From: Salinispira sp.
GTDB lineage: Bacteria; Spirochaetota; Spirochaetia; DSM-27196; Salinispiraceae
Direction of reading: 5' to 3'
DNA: 64,000 nucleotides
Assembly: GCA_965602015.1 (NCBI GenBank)
Contig: OZ271918.1
Location: forward strand, 864,001 to 928,000
Shown here piece after piece: positions 29,261 through 39,283 of this stretch; position 1 is the stretch's first letter, and each line of letters starts with the position of its first letter. The translations under genes and the position numbers were made by a program. The notes beneath the pieces were generated by a model that saw only the letters and a program-made list of their open reading frames with translations, made no database searches and was not told the origin of the DNA.

Positions 29261-29408
29261 TCAGCCCTCCGATTCGTGAAAACGACTAGAAGTCTAATTG
29301 TAGTTCACGCGATAATCGGCTGCAAACCGCATGTCGAAAAGAAATGGCACACATCAGACCGGAAGAGAAGTACATATTGAAAGCACTGGAGAAATGGCAG
29401 GCTGACTA

Positions 29409-30701
29409 TTAATACCACCAGATGTGGACGGTTCCGGCGGAATCGGCGGCGAGAAGGCCCCGTTCTCCGTACGAAAGGTTTGAGCTGAGGGTGCCGTTGA
29501 GGTTGTACCTCCAAACTACCCTGTGACCCCTCCGCGTCAGGGTGAGTGCTTCGATTCTGTCCCGACGCTGAACCGGGAGAATTAATTCAGCATTTCCAAT
29601 GCGGTCAACAGGCGCTATAAGCGCGTCTCCCAGATTTGCGGATCTGATTGCGTGGCTGGAGTACCCGGGTATGCTGTACATGATGTTCAGGTTTTCATCG
29701 TAGTATTCAACAACTCCGCCAATATGCGGGGTCCTCACGGCGGCCACCAGATGCTCGGAGTTTGGACCCAACGGTCCTGCCCCGATAAGATGCCTCCAGC
29801 GAAAACCCCTGCCTACCGGCACGCCTTCGGCTGCGGTTTCCAGGGAAAAGTCGAAGGCGGCAAGGCGGGCGCCCTGGCTCCGATTAGCCAGAACGGTAAT
29901 GATTTCGTAGTTCCCGTCCTGGCCCAAATCGCTGATGAGAACACCCCGTTCCTCCGCAACATCATCGCCGAAGGAAATCGAACGGGTCCCGCGGTTGGAT
30001 ATCAGGGTTAGTCCGCCGGCCTCGATGTTATTTCCCAGGACGGCATGGGCATACTCCGAGGTGGGCTGTGAAAGGTAGGCCAGGGTGTTTTCAGGGCCTA
30101 CGGCAATGTGGCCGTCGGCGAGGGGCGTTTCCTCAAAGGGAAACGCCCAGCGGCTATTATCTCCGGCGTCGGCCAATGGCATGGGCAGCAGGGCTGCGGC
30201 GGGGTACTCACCTGTTCCGAGGAGGCTGACATTATGAGTCTGGCCGTCGACAAAAACCGTGAGGCTTGATGCATCACCGCGTACGGATGGGAGACTCCCA
30301 ATGCCGACTTCCCCGTCTTGCAGCCACAACCAGGAATGTGTGCCATCGCTGAACTGGAGAATCCAGACGGCATCGGCTTGTAGGGGGACGGTATCGATTA
30401 CAAGATTTTGAGGAATTGCGACGGCCCATACAACGGCTTTTTCTATAGTAATTGTTGACCGCTGCATCTCAACAAGGGGAACCTCCCAAACGGCCAGACG
30501 ATTTCCATCGGCCCCCCGGTCGGCCTGAATAAACCGCGGCATGGCCGCCGGGGCAGAAACAGAGTCATCTCCACCTTGCACAACGAAAGGACGCCGCTGA
30601 TCCGCTTCGCCTTCAGTCCATCCGGGCTGACAGAGACTTACCAGCAGGAACAGGAGAAGGGATTGTGCACGTAGACTAACCTGTCGGATAGGTGGGTTCA
30701 T
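29409..30701 (-). CDS. Secreted hypothetical protein, FG-GAP/beta-propeller-like
   Basis: Signal-like N-terminus; 'SDLGQDGNYEII' DxxxDG loop; 'YAHAVLG', 'TPHIGG'. Confidence 0.65.
   Translation of the reverse strand: MNPPIRQVSLRAQSLLLFLLVSLCQPGWTEGEADQRRPFVVQGGDDSVSAPAAMPRFIQADRGADGNRLAVWEVPLVEMQRSTITIEKAVVWAVAIPQNLVIDTVPLQADAVWILQFSDGTHSWLWLQDGEVGIGSLPSVRGDASSLTVFVDGQTHNVSLLGTGEYPAAALLPMPLADAGDNSRWAFPFEETPLADGHIAVGPENTLAYLSQPTSEYAHAVLGNNIEAGGLTLISNRGTRSISFGDDVAEERGVLISDLGQDGNYEIITVLANRSQGARLAAFDFSLETAAEGVPVGRGFRWRHLIGAGPLGPNSEHLVAAVRTPHIGGVVEYYDENLNIMYSIPGYSSHAIRSANLGDALIAPVDRIGNAELILPVQRRDRIEALTLTRRGHRVVWRYNLNGTLSSNLSYGERGLLAADSAGTVHIWWY
29410..29447. repeat. 38-bp direct repeat, copy B (3' end of the 29409-30701 gene)
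   Basis: TAATACCACCAGATGTGGACGGTTCCGGCGGAATCGGC. Confidence 0.9.
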
Positions 30702-31247
30702 TTATGTATCCTTTGTATGATTTCTAAAAACTTGTGACACATTTGAGTAGTCGTTTTCGATTCCCTTTTCATCGAGAATCTGCGCGATTGCTCCCCGGTG
30801 ATGGGTCTGATGGTTAAATACATGGATGAGGCAATGGCCAAAATACCAGGTTCGCGGTCGACCCTTTGCTTTAAATAGTTCTACCGATTTTCCCAGAATA
30901 TCCTCTCCTGTATGCTCTACAAGCCGAACGAAGATTTCATCCACGGAAATTTCATGATCTATCAAGCTGGTCAAATCCTTATATAAAAGATTGCCTTTGC
31001 CTGGGTGCTCAAATTCCAAAGCAGGATTATTTAGGATCGGTATATCCAGATCTTTGCAATCGCGAAAGGAGGAAAGCCAGTTCAGGTTCCCGAGCAGGAT
31101 GTGGTTGAGTAACCCTAGAATCGAACCATAGTATGAACCGCAGTATTCCGTGAGCAGGTTAACTTCTTCTTCTTGAAGCAACTGAAACAGTCGCTGGTTC
31201 ACCGCTTGATTGTATCGTGCCATAAGCAATACAGCATCTTTAATCAT
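30702..31247 (-). CDS. DinB-family protein
   Basis: 'MARYN', 'GSILGLLNHI', 'HVFNHQTHHRG'. Confidence 0.92.
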   Translation of the reverse strand: MIKDAVLLMARYNQAVNQRLFQLLQEEEVNLLTEYCGSYYGSILGLLNHILLGNLNWLSSFRDCKDLDIPILNNPALEFEHPGKGNLLYKDLTSLIDHEISVDEIFVRLVEHTGEDILGKSVELFKAKGRPRTWYFGHCLIHVFNHQTHHRGAIAQILDEKGIENDYSNVSQVFRNHTKDT

Positions 31248-31296
31248 GATTCGAACCTCCGTGTTGCGGCTTCATTCTACTATACCTTCACGTACA

Positions 31297-31791
31297 TCAC
31301 TGCCAGCATACCCGACTTTCATCCCAGCGGTCGACGAATTTATTTCCGGCCCCATCTGCAAATCCGAACGGGATTACGGCATACACCGAATCCTGGAGTC
31401 CAAGAATTGATTTAACCAGCTCTTCCCGCTCGGCCTCGGGATACACCCCAAGCCAGACGGCGGATAAGCCTTCTTCCACAAGCTGCAGCAGCATGTTTTG
31501 CACGCAGGCACCCAGATCCTGTTGCCAGTTTTGGGGGTACTTCAGACTCGTGATATCTGCATGGACGACGATGGCTGCCGGTGCTGTTTTTAAGGCCGCT
31601 GCATAGGGACTCATACCCGAGAGATCATCGAGGGTCTGGCGCCTGCGAACCACCACGAATTTCCAGGGCTGCTGGTTGCCCGCAGACGGCGCCTGCATTC
31701 CGGCCCGCAGTATTTCCTCAATGCACTGTGGCTGAGGCTCTTGTGCGGTAAACTTCCTCACCGACCTGCGTATTCGTATTGCTTCAATCAT
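31297..31791 (-). CDS. Nitroreductase-family protein
   Basis: 'RRSVRKF', 'APSAGNQQPW', 'QNMLL'. Confidence 0.93.
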   Translation of the reverse strand: MIEAIRIRRSVRKFTAQEPQPQCIEEILRAGMQAPSAGNQQPWKFVVVRRRQTLDDLSGMSPYAAALKTAPAAIVVHADITSLKYPQNWQQDLGACVQNMLLQLVEEGLSAVWLGVYPEAEREELVKSILGLQDSVYAVIPFGFADGAGNKFVDRWDESRVCWQ

Positions 31792-31851
31792 GTCATCATC
31801 CTTTTGCCCTATTCGCTTGCATGCCGATGACCGCCGAAATAATCGAATACA

Positions 31852-32658
31852 TCAGCTGCCCGTCGATGCATAGTATCTCATGCCTATCCGCCACATCCCA
31901 ATGCCTACCGCCAAAAAGAGTCCCCCGGCTGCCGGCGCGATATAGGCCAGCCACTGGGGCAAACCGGCGGTCTCAGGACGCTCCATCAAAATGGCAAAGG
32001 GGTAAAAGATTATGAGGGTCAGGGGGATGAAAAATGTCAGCATGCGAAACAGGTTCTTGCCGTAGATTGACAGGGGATACTGGGCGGCCTGGACGGTGCC
32101 GTAGGTGAAAATATTCATCACTTCCAGGGACTCAACCGACAGGAAGCTGATTGCTGCCTGAATGTGATATATGCCCATGTACAGGCACACGCCCCCGACA
32201 AACGACAGGGTCATGACGCTTATCCATCTGATATCCATGGGTATGCCCATATCGAATATGGCCCACACGAGGACCATCAGCCCCTGCGCCATCCGCCCGA
32301 TCCTCCTTAAGGTAAACTCGTAGCCGAGCACCTGCAGCCCGGCGGGCCGGGGACGAAGCAGGACCGCATCGAATCCGCCGCTTTTAACCAGCTCTCCGAA
32401 AATATCAAAACCCCTTCCCAGGGCGTCGGATACCGCAAAGGTGAACTGCATAAAGCCGTAAAAGAAGGCGACCTGCGCCAATGACCATCCCCTGATGCTG
32501 CCGAATCGGGAGAACAGGGCGAGCACCCCCAGGATTTCGATTCCCGTCACCAGGAAATGACCCAGGCTCTGTAACAAGAAGGCGGTCTTGTGAATCATCT
32601 GGCTTTTGATTGAAGTCGACGCATAGCGGAAATACAAACGGATATGATTCATGGTCAT
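31852..32658 (-). CDS. ABC-2 exporter permease (DUF990-like)
   Basis: 'GGFDAVLLRP', 'YPLSIY', 'Y.STGS' end; start moved to 32658 (ATGA overlap with upstream stop). Confidence 0.88.
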   Translation of the reverse strand: MTMNHIRLYFRYASTSIKSQMIHKTAFLLQSLGHFLVTGIEILGVLALFSRFGSIRGWSLAQVAFFYGFMQFTFAVSDALGRGFDIFGELVKSGGFDAVLLRPRPAGLQVLGYEFTLRRIGRMAQGLMVLVWAIFDMGIPMDIRWISVMTLSFVGGVCLYMGIYHIQAAISFLSVESLEVMNIFTYGTVQAAQYPLSIYGKNLFRMLTFFIPLTLIIFYPFAILMERPETAGLPQWLAYIAPAAGGLFLAVGIGMWRIGMRYYASTGS

Positions 32659-33521
32659 CCCCCCTGAACGACGAGCTTCGCGGTGCCCCTGGACATCATG
32701 AATCGCCCCGCAGCCATAAAAAGTACGATCCATACAAGCTGAATCGTCAGGGCCAGGGCCGTTTCCGGACCGCTAATATCGCCGGAGTAAATCCGGTTCG
32801 GCACATCCACCATTCCGCTGAACGGAAGCAGCCTGAGAAGGGTCTGGAGCACGTCGGGAAACAGCGGCAGGGGGATGATCATGCCGGAAAAAATCGTAAC
32901 CACGGGCATTATAAAAAACCGTATGCCGTCGGCGGATATTGTCCACAGCATGGTGGCATGGGCAGATGTCAGAAAGGAAACTCCGAGCACCAAGGCCAGT
33001 ATGAGGCTCATGAGCCAGGAAGAGAGGACCATAAAATCCCGGGGCCAGATCAGCGCCAAGCGGGAGAGGGGAGTGAGGGGGAGAATAACGGTCACAAAAA
33101 ATAACAGGGGCAGCGCCCTCAGAAGTACCCGGCCCAGCTTGTCCCCCAGGGTGCTAACGAACCATTGGGAGTACAGCCCCAGGGGTTTCACCAGGGAATA
33201 CCCGATGTTGCCGCTTCGAATTTCCGACGCAAGATGCAGGTCGATATTCCAGGGCAGCATTCCCAAAAACGCCTGACCAAGCCAGATATAGGTCACAACC
33301 TGGGGGAAATCCATGGGAGCCGAAGCCGTTGAGGAAGCGTAAAATGCCTCCAGTATAAAAATCATGATGAAACCCCAGAATGTCTGGGTGGCGATTCCCG
33401 CCAATGCCGCCGCCCGGTATTGCAAGCTGACTTTAAGGCGGATTACGAAGAGGGAGCGCAGGGAGCGCATCCGCGATGGCAGCCCGGCGAAGAATCCAGG
33501 GGTCAAAAATCGTTTATGCAT
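32655..33521 (-). CDS. ABC-2 exporter permease
   Basis: 'LQYRAA', 'IRSGNIGYSLVKP', 'VVQGG' end. Confidence 0.88.
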   Translation of the reverse strand: MHKRFLTPGFFAGLPSRMRSLRSLFVIRLKVSLQYRAAALAGIATQTFWGFIMIFILEAFYASSTASAPMDFPQVVTYIWLGQAFLGMLPWNIDLHLASEIRSGNIGYSLVKPLGLYSQWFVSTLGDKLGRVLLRALPLLFFVTVILPLTPLSRLALIWPRDFMVLSSWLMSLILALVLGVSFLTSAHATMLWTISADGIRFFIMPVVTIFSGMIIPLPLFPDVLQTLLRLLPFSGMVDVPNRIYSGDISGPETALALTIQLVWIVLFMAAGRFMMSRGTAKLVVQGG

Positions 33522-34536
33522 CTCCGGCGCTCCCGGTCCGGTTCGACCTCGAACCCATCCGCTTGTACAAATCGGCGATCAGTTCTTCCACTGGCGGATT
33601 CTCCACGGTGAGATCCCTGATTCCGTGGCCCGCCGTCAGTTCGGTGATGACCGGACCGGCGGCGGCGCCGGAACTAATGCGGAACACCCCCCGTTTTTTG
33701 TTGAGGGAGATCAGCCCGGCTTGGGCCGGGAGGCGCAAGTCCGATTCCGCCGGAGCGATGTGAAAATCAACCGTGAGGATTTTTGAATCGCCTTCCCGAC
33801 GCCTCAGCTCGCTCAGGCTCCCGTTGTAGAGAATTTCGCCGTTCCCGATGACGATGACCCTCGAGCAGAGGGCCTCGATATCGTCCATGTCGTGGGTAGT
33901 GAGGATCATGGTGGTGTTCCGGTCCCGGTTAATCCGCCGGATGATATCCCTCACCGCCAGCTTCGCGATGGCGTCCAGGCCGATGGTCGGTTCGTCGAGG
34001 AAGAGGATGTCCGGAGAGTGCAGCAAGGCGGCGGCGATATCGCAGCGCATCCGCTGGCCGAGGCTGAGCTGCCGGACGGGAATGGGAAGCAGGGGCGCAA
34101 GGTCGAGCATGTCGACCAGTTCCTCAAGGGCTAATTGGTAGTCCTCTTCGCCGATGTCGTATATGTCTTTCAGGAGGAGAAATGACTCTTCAACCGGCAG
34201 GTCCCACCACAGTTGTGTCCGTTGTCCGAAGACCACGCCTATGCGCCTGACGTGCTCGATGCGGTTTTTCCAGGGGATGCGCCCGCCGACGGTGCAGCCT
34301 CCGCTGTCCGGAAGAAGTATCCCCGCCATTATTTTGACGGTGGTGCTCTTCCCCGCGCCGTTGGGCCCGATGTATCCCACCAGCTCCCCCTCGTCCAGGG
34401 CGAAGCTCACTCCATTGAGGGCGTGAACCCGGCGGCGGGCTCTGGTAAAAAGGCCGGCAAGGGCGCCTTTGAATCCCGGGCTTCGCTGGGAGACTGGGAA
34501 GGACTTACGCAAGTTCGTAACTTCGATATACGACAT
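33514..34536 (-). CDS. ABC exporter ATP-binding protein
   Basis: 'GPNGAGKST', 'VFGQRTQLWWDLP', 'LSLGQRMR', 'LDEPTIGLD'. Confidence 0.93.
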   Translation of the reverse strand: MSYIEVTNLRKSFPVSQRSPGFKGALAGLFTRARRRVHALNGVSFALDEGELVGYIGPNGAGKSTTVKIMAGILLPDSGGCTVGGRIPWKNRIEHVRRIGVVFGQRTQLWWDLPVEESFLLLKDIYDIGEEDYQLALEELVDMLDLAPLLPIPVRQLSLGQRMRCDIAAALLHSPDILFLDEPTIGLDAIAKLAVRDIIRRINRDRNTTMILTTHDMDDIEALCSRVIVIGNGEILYNGSLSELRRREGDSKILTVDFHIAPAESDLRLPAQAGLISLNKKRGVFRISSGAAAGPVITELTAGHGIRDLTVENPPVEELIADLYKRMGSRSNRTGSAGDA

Positions 34537-34785
34537 GGCAGTTTCCTGTAGGTTCTGACTATCCGGTTGATACCGGCGTGATTATGAAAAGAGGATAAAA
34601 CTATCACGGATTACTTTTTTTAAGCAATTCTCTTAGCACTGCGATGGCGAGGTTTTGTCCGTTATGTGACAAATTTCTATTTGCGCGGAAGGTTCAGTTC
34701 GCTAATTCTGCAGGATCCGGTTCCAACTTACCTTCACTAAGAATGGTGAGAATGGTCATCCGCCGTAAGCCGACGACATTATTTG

Positions 34786-35640
34786 CTACTCGGCTATTCT
34801 TATGCTTCTAATGCTCTTTCCCCTAACCTCGGATACATATAGGGTGAGGCCGTCCGAGGTAACCGCAATGCCGTTCGGAGCATTAAACGATGCGGAATCA
34901 CCGTCGCCGTCAATCCGACTCGGAGTTCCGTTGCCTGCCAGAGTCGCAACGTTACCGTCCATATCTACGGAATAAACCCGATTAGAGGCAATTCCCGTGG
35001 CGTATACATTTTCACCGGCTAAGGCAAGATACCCGATTCCTCCTCTGATCTGCGCCAAAGCCGACTCTTCATAATCGGGGGTAAAACGGATTATTCGCCC
35101 GTCATTGTAGTTCGAAATATAAATATCGCCGTTCTCATCTATTGCAATTCCCGACGGGCCATTGAGTAACTGGCTCGCAACGCTGATTGAATCACCGTCA
35201 GTATCGATACGGCGAAACTCATTGCGCACATAGTCGGTTACATATATGGCGCCGTGATTATCCACGGCAATTCCGACTGCTCGTGAAAAGTCTCCGGCGA
35301 TCTGCTCTAAATTCCCTTCAACTAAACGCAATACTTCTGTTTCCACAGCAATAAGCAGCTCTCCGTCGGCTGTCATTGCCAGACCAAGGGGATTATCTAA
35401 TCCGGAAGCCACGATACTGTTAGACCCATCGGCGTCAATCCGCCAAACAATGTTCCCGTCGCTGAAGTTTGAACGATTACCCAAATCAGAAACATATAAC
35501 TCACCGGCTTTACCGACCGCTATCCCGTCGAGTTGGGAAAGGTCATCTACCAGAGTAACGACCTGCTGTTCCAGCGACGAACATCCAAAAATCAAAGTGC
35601 TGCTGAATAACAGTATTAATAGTATTTTCACCTTTTCCAT
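34786..35640 (-). CDS. NHL-repeat/SMP-30-like beta-propeller lipoprotein
   Basis: Lipobox IFGC; repeats 'P.GIA.D..G..Y', 'FNAPNGIAV'. Confidence 0.85.
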   Translation of the reverse strand: MEKVKILLILLFSSTLIFGCSSLEQQVVTLVDDLSQLDGIAVGKAGELYVSDLGNRSNFSDGNIVWRIDADGSNSIVASGLDNPLGLAMTADGELLIAVETEVLRLVEGNLEQIAGDFSRAVGIAVDNHGAIYVTDYVRNEFRRIDTDGDSISVASQLLNGPSGIAIDENGDIYISNYNDGRIIRFTPDYEESALAQIRGGIGYLALAGENVYATGIASNRVYSVDMDGNVATLAGNGTPSRIDGDGDSASFNAPNGIAVTSDGLTLYVSEVRGKSIRSIRIAE

Positions 35641-35739
35641 CCCTGCATTTCGATAAGATTGCTATAAACCTGATAAAAACACTGTATAATTTTCACCGGC
35701 CACATACAAGGGGACGCTCTGTGATTTTCCGCTTCCGGC

Positions 35740-37224
35740 TCAATATAGACCCCGGATGCTTCCCACAACGTAAATCACTATCGCCACGATTCCCGATGCC
35801 AGCACCGTAAGAATGCTCCCGGTCCAGGCCATGTCCTTTATGCTGAAATAGCCTGCCGAATAGGGGATGACATTGGTGGGACTGGAGGTTACCAAAATAA
35901 AAGCCATGGAGGTTGTCAGCGCCGCAGGTATGGCAATGGTCAGCGGATCGATGCCGATGCTCCCCGCCAGGGCGATCATGATGGGGATGACGATGGTGGC
36001 CGTGACGGTGTTGGATGAGAACGCAATCTTGAGAAAGCTGACCATGAGAACGACGATGAACACCAACACCAGGGGGTGAAGCCCGCCGATGCCCCCCAAA
36101 AGCGCCACCGCCAGCCAGTTGGCTGCTCCGGTCTGGTATAACATCATTCCCAGGGAAATTCCTGTGACAACCAGGAGGATTCCGCTCCAGCTGATGTCCT
36201 TCTCTATGGTTTTCCAGGGCAGGGATTTGATCCCCGGGAAGAAAAAGAGGCTGGAAGTCAGCAGGATGGGGAAGGAAATGGGGATATCCATTCCCAGCAG
36301 CCCTTCAAGCAGGGGGCTGGTTACCCACAGTAGTACGGTGAGAACGAAGAGAATCATGGTTATTTTTTCCGTGCGGTTCATCGGCGGAAGCTCGTGATAA
36401 TCCTGTGCCATTTCTTCCTTCGTTTTTTTTAGATGCTTCATTTCCGGCGGGAAAAACAGGAGTAGGGCAAGCCAGACCGGCACAATCAACAGGAGCGCCG
36501 ACGGAACGCCGTAAGCCATCCAGTCGGTAAAGCTGACGTCGATACCTGCCATTTCCTTGAGGAACCCGATGGCCAGGGGATTCGGTCCGGCTCCCGAAGG
36601 TGTGGCGATGCCCCCGACGATGGATCCCCAGCAAATGGAAATCATCAATGCCTTGCCGAAATTGGATTTGAGGGGCTCAACCCCTTCCTCTTCGAGAATG
36701 GCAACTCCGATGGGCATCAGCATGGCCGCAACCGCCATGTTGGTGAGCCACATGGAAAGGACGGTGCCGGTGAGAATGAACCCCAGAATGATTTTGCGGG
36801 TCGAGTTCCCGGTTTTCGACAGTAGAAACACGGAAATGCGCCGGCCCAGTCCGCTGTGAGTGATAAATGCCGAGAGGATGAGAACGCCGAGGAAGAACAC
36901 AAAGATGTGGTTCCCGAATCCCAGGGAGACAATGCTCTTGAAGCTGTCCACCCGGAACACGCTTAACAGGAAAATACTCATCAGGCCGGTTATGTGGAAG
37001 GGGACGGCTTCGGTCATCCAGAGGATCAGGGCAAACAGCAGTACACCTAAAGCCGCCTGGGCCGGCGGGGAGAGGCTGACTCCCCGCACGGTCGTTACCT
37101 CCACCGGCAGGGGGAGGAAGTAGCTGACCAGCGCCAGGGCCAGGGCGGACAACAGAATTACCCCAGCCCGGATTTCTCCAAAATGTGTACGGTGTTTCAC
37201 CGGCGCGTTTGCCTTAGCGTCCAT
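35740..37224 (-). CDS. DASS/SLC13 anion transporter (candidate sulfoacetate exporter)
   Basis: 'LWMTEAVP', 'SMWLTN', 'GG.ATP.G..PN', 'SSNT', 'SPTN'; last gene of the catabolic operon. Confidence 0.85.
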   Translation of the reverse strand: MDAKANAPVKHRTHFGEIRAGVILLSALALALVSYFLPLPVEVTTVRGVSLSPPAQAALGVLLFALILWMTEAVPFHITGLMSIFLLSVFRVDSFKSIVSLGFGNHIFVFFLGVLILSAFITHSGLGRRISVFLLSKTGNSTRKIILGFILTGTVLSMWLTNMAVAAMLMPIGVAILEEEGVEPLKSNFGKALMISICWGSIVGGIATPSGAGPNPLAIGFLKEMAGIDVSFTDWMAYGVPSALLLIVPVWLALLLFFPPEMKHLKKTKEEMAQDYHELPPMNRTEKITMILFVLTVLLWVTSPLLEGLLGMDIPISFPILLTSSLFFFPGIKSLPWKTIEKDISWSGILLVVTGISLGMMLYQTGAANWLAVALLGGIGGLHPLVLVFIVVLMVSFLKIAFSSNTVTATIVIPIMIALAGSIGIDPLTIAIPAALTTSMAFILVTSSPTNVIPYSAGYFSIKDMAWTGSILTVLASGIVAIVIYVVGSIRGLY

Positions 37225-38116
37225 CCACTTCTCCCGGACCTAAAAGTTCGCGAAGCAGCGTTCCGGTTTCAGCCGGTCGCTTTGCCACCGGGACGCCGGC
37301 GGCTTCCAGGATTCTCGTTTTTTCCGCAACCGAGCCGCGGCCGCCGCTGACGATTGCCCCGGCATGGCCCATGCGTTTGCCCTCCGGGGCATTGCGGCCC
37401 CCCAGGAAGGCGGTCATGGGCTTGGTAAATCGCCCCTGGCGAACCATTTCGGCGCATTCTTCTTCCATGCTTCCCCCCAGTTCCCCGATTATCAGGACGC
37501 CGTCGGTCGCATCGTCGGCCTCGTACAATGACAGCATCTCTGCGAAGCGGGTGCCCGGCACCGGATCGCCGCCCACGCCGATGAGGGTGGATACCCCGAA
37601 ACCCTCGCGGACGATCATCGACGTCACTTCGTTGGTGAGGGAGCCTGAACGGGTCATTACGCCGATTCGCCCGGGTTTGTAGACCCGCTCGATCCAGTAC
37701 GGCAGGGCCCCCATCATGGCCTGGCCGGGGGAAATCACCCCGGAAGTGTTGCCGCCGATGACGGTGGCGCTCCGGCACAGGGCCGCAGAACGGATTTTCA
37801 TGGCGTCGTGTAGGGGAATGCCGTCGGCAATGGTGACGATTTTTCGTATTCCCGCGTCCAGGGCTTCGAACACCGCGTCCATGGTGAATCGGGGCGGGAC
37901 GAAGAGCATTGCGGCATCCGCCGGCTGGACTTCAATGGCTTCGGCCATGCTGTCGAACACCGGCACGCCGACGGCTTTCTGACCGCCTTTGCCCGGGGTT
38001 ACCCCGGCGACGACCCGGGTTCCCATGTCGCGCATATGGGCGGTCCAGAATCCGCCCTCCTTGCCGGTGATGCCCGAAACGATGACCCGGGTTTCGGAAT
38101 TGATAAATATGCTCAT
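37214..38116 (-). CDS. sucD: ADP-forming acyl-CoA synthetase alpha subunit (SucD-like; probable sulfoacetate-CoA ligase)
   Basis: 'VAGVTPGKGG', 'RSGSL', 'GVGGDP', phospho-His 'MGHAGA'. Substrate inferred from context. Confidence 0.85.
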   Translation of the reverse strand: MSIFINSETRVIVSGITGKEGGFWTAHMRDMGTRVVAGVTPGKGGQKAVGVPVFDSMAEAIEVQPADAAMLFVPPRFTMDAVFEALDAGIRKIVTIADGIPLHDAMKIRSAALCRSATVIGGNTSGVISPGQAMMGALPYWIERVYKPGRIGVMTRSGSLTNEVTSMIVREGFGVSTLIGVGGDPVPGTRFAEMLSLYEADDATDGVLIIGELGGSMEEECAEMVRQGRFTKPMTAFLGGRNAPEGKRMGHAGAIVSGGRGSVAEKTRILEAAGVPVAKRPAETGTLLRELLGPGEVDGR

Positions 38117-39279
38117 GATGAAGCTCCCGAAGCCCCGGCGGCTAGGTGCACCGCCCGGCGCACCGCGGTTTCCGTATCGAATATCGCTTCAAGGCCCGCA
38201 TCCTCGAGGATCTTTACTGCTGCTTCCTCGTTCGTTCCCCGAATGCAGGTAATGATGGGCCGGTCCGGGCGCAATTCCCGAATCGCCGAGACAATGCCCT
38301 CGGCCATGACATCGGCCCGGGCGATGGTGCCGAAGGTAACCATGAGAATCACCGAGCTCTCGTTTTTTAAGCACAGTTCCATGGCCCGCCGGGCCTTTAA
38401 ATAATTCGGACCGCCGAACTCAAGATAATTGGCAACGCTGCCTCCGGCATCAATAACCAGATCGTATACCGTGGTGGTGAGCCCCGCGCCGGCGCACATC
38501 AGGCTTATGTCGCCGTCAAATTGCAGGTAGGGTATTCCCTCCTGGGCGGCTTCATAGGCTGCGTCGGATTCGTAGTATTCCCGGCCGGCATGATACTCCC
38601 GGTGGCGCGAGAGGGAATTATCGTCAATGGAGATTTTCCCGTCACCGGCTATCAACAATCCGTCGCGGGTAAGAAAAAGCGGGTTTATTTCCGCCAGTTC
38701 GCAGTCCATCCGGGTAAACAGCTTCCAGAGGTTGTGCATCAGCTCGGCGAAGTCCGATGCCGCTCGGCCTGTCAAGGCGAGGCCTTTTACCAGTCGCCGA
38801 ATCTGAAACGGCATGACGCCGCTCTGAAGATCTACCGGGATGCGCATAATGGCCTCGGGACGATCGACGGCCAATTGCTCGATTTCCACGCCGCCTTCCC
38901 CGCTTGCCAGAATAAGGGCGTTGCCGCCCGGCGGATCGACGGTAATCGACAGGTATAGTTCCCGCTCAATATCTACCGCCGCTTCGACCAATACCGAGGG
39001 AACCTGGATATCATGGTCAAACAGCCGTCGTAATTCGGGCAGGAGGTCCTCGTCTTTCTTGATGAAGGGGATGAGCCCGGCCTTGCCCCGGCCCCCAATG
39101 AGGACCTGACTCTTGAGAACCAGCGGAAGCCCCAGCACATCCCAGGCATCCTTAAGTTGGCGTTCCCCGTCGGCAGACTCAGAAGCTTGTTTTGCCGGGC
39201 GGAGTATCCGCACAGAGGGCGGCACCGCTATGCCGAAGTCCGTAAAGGCATCTTTCGCCTGATATTCGAATAACTTCAT
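38113..39279 (-). CDS. sucC: ADP-forming acyl-CoA synthetase beta subunit (SucC-like; probable sulfoacetate-CoA ligase)
   Basis: 'MKLFEYQAK', 'GGRGKAG', 'EINPL', 'GAGL', 'GTN'; start at ATG 39279. Confidence 0.85.
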   Translation of the reverse strand: MKLFEYQAKDAFTDFGIAVPPSVRILRPAKQASESADGERQLKDAWDVLGLPLVLKSQVLIGGRGKAGLIPFIKKDEDLLPELRRLFDHDIQVPSVLVEAAVDIERELYLSITVDPPGGNALILASGEGGVEIEQLAVDRPEAIMRIPVDLQSGVMPFQIRRLVKGLALTGRAASDFAELMHNLWKLFTRMDCELAEINPLFLTRDGLLIAGDGKISIDDNSLSRHREYHAGREYYESDAAYEAAQEGIPYLQFDGDISLMCAGAGLTTTVYDLVIDAGGSVANYLEFGGPNYLKARRAMELCLKNESSVILMVTFGTIARADVMAEGIVSAIRELRPDRPIITCIRGTNEEAAVKILEDAGLEAIFDTETAVRRAVHLAAGASGASS

Positions 39280-39283
39280 TTTT

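Noticed and set aside
29313..29345. Sigma28-like GCCGATTA upstream of the MCP on the - strand
   Set aside because: Only the -10 matches; there is no TAAA at the expected spacing.
37214..39279. Reading the sucCD-like genes as the TCA succinyl-CoA synthetase
   Set aside because: No other TCA genes nearby; embedded with SauS-like and transketolase genes.
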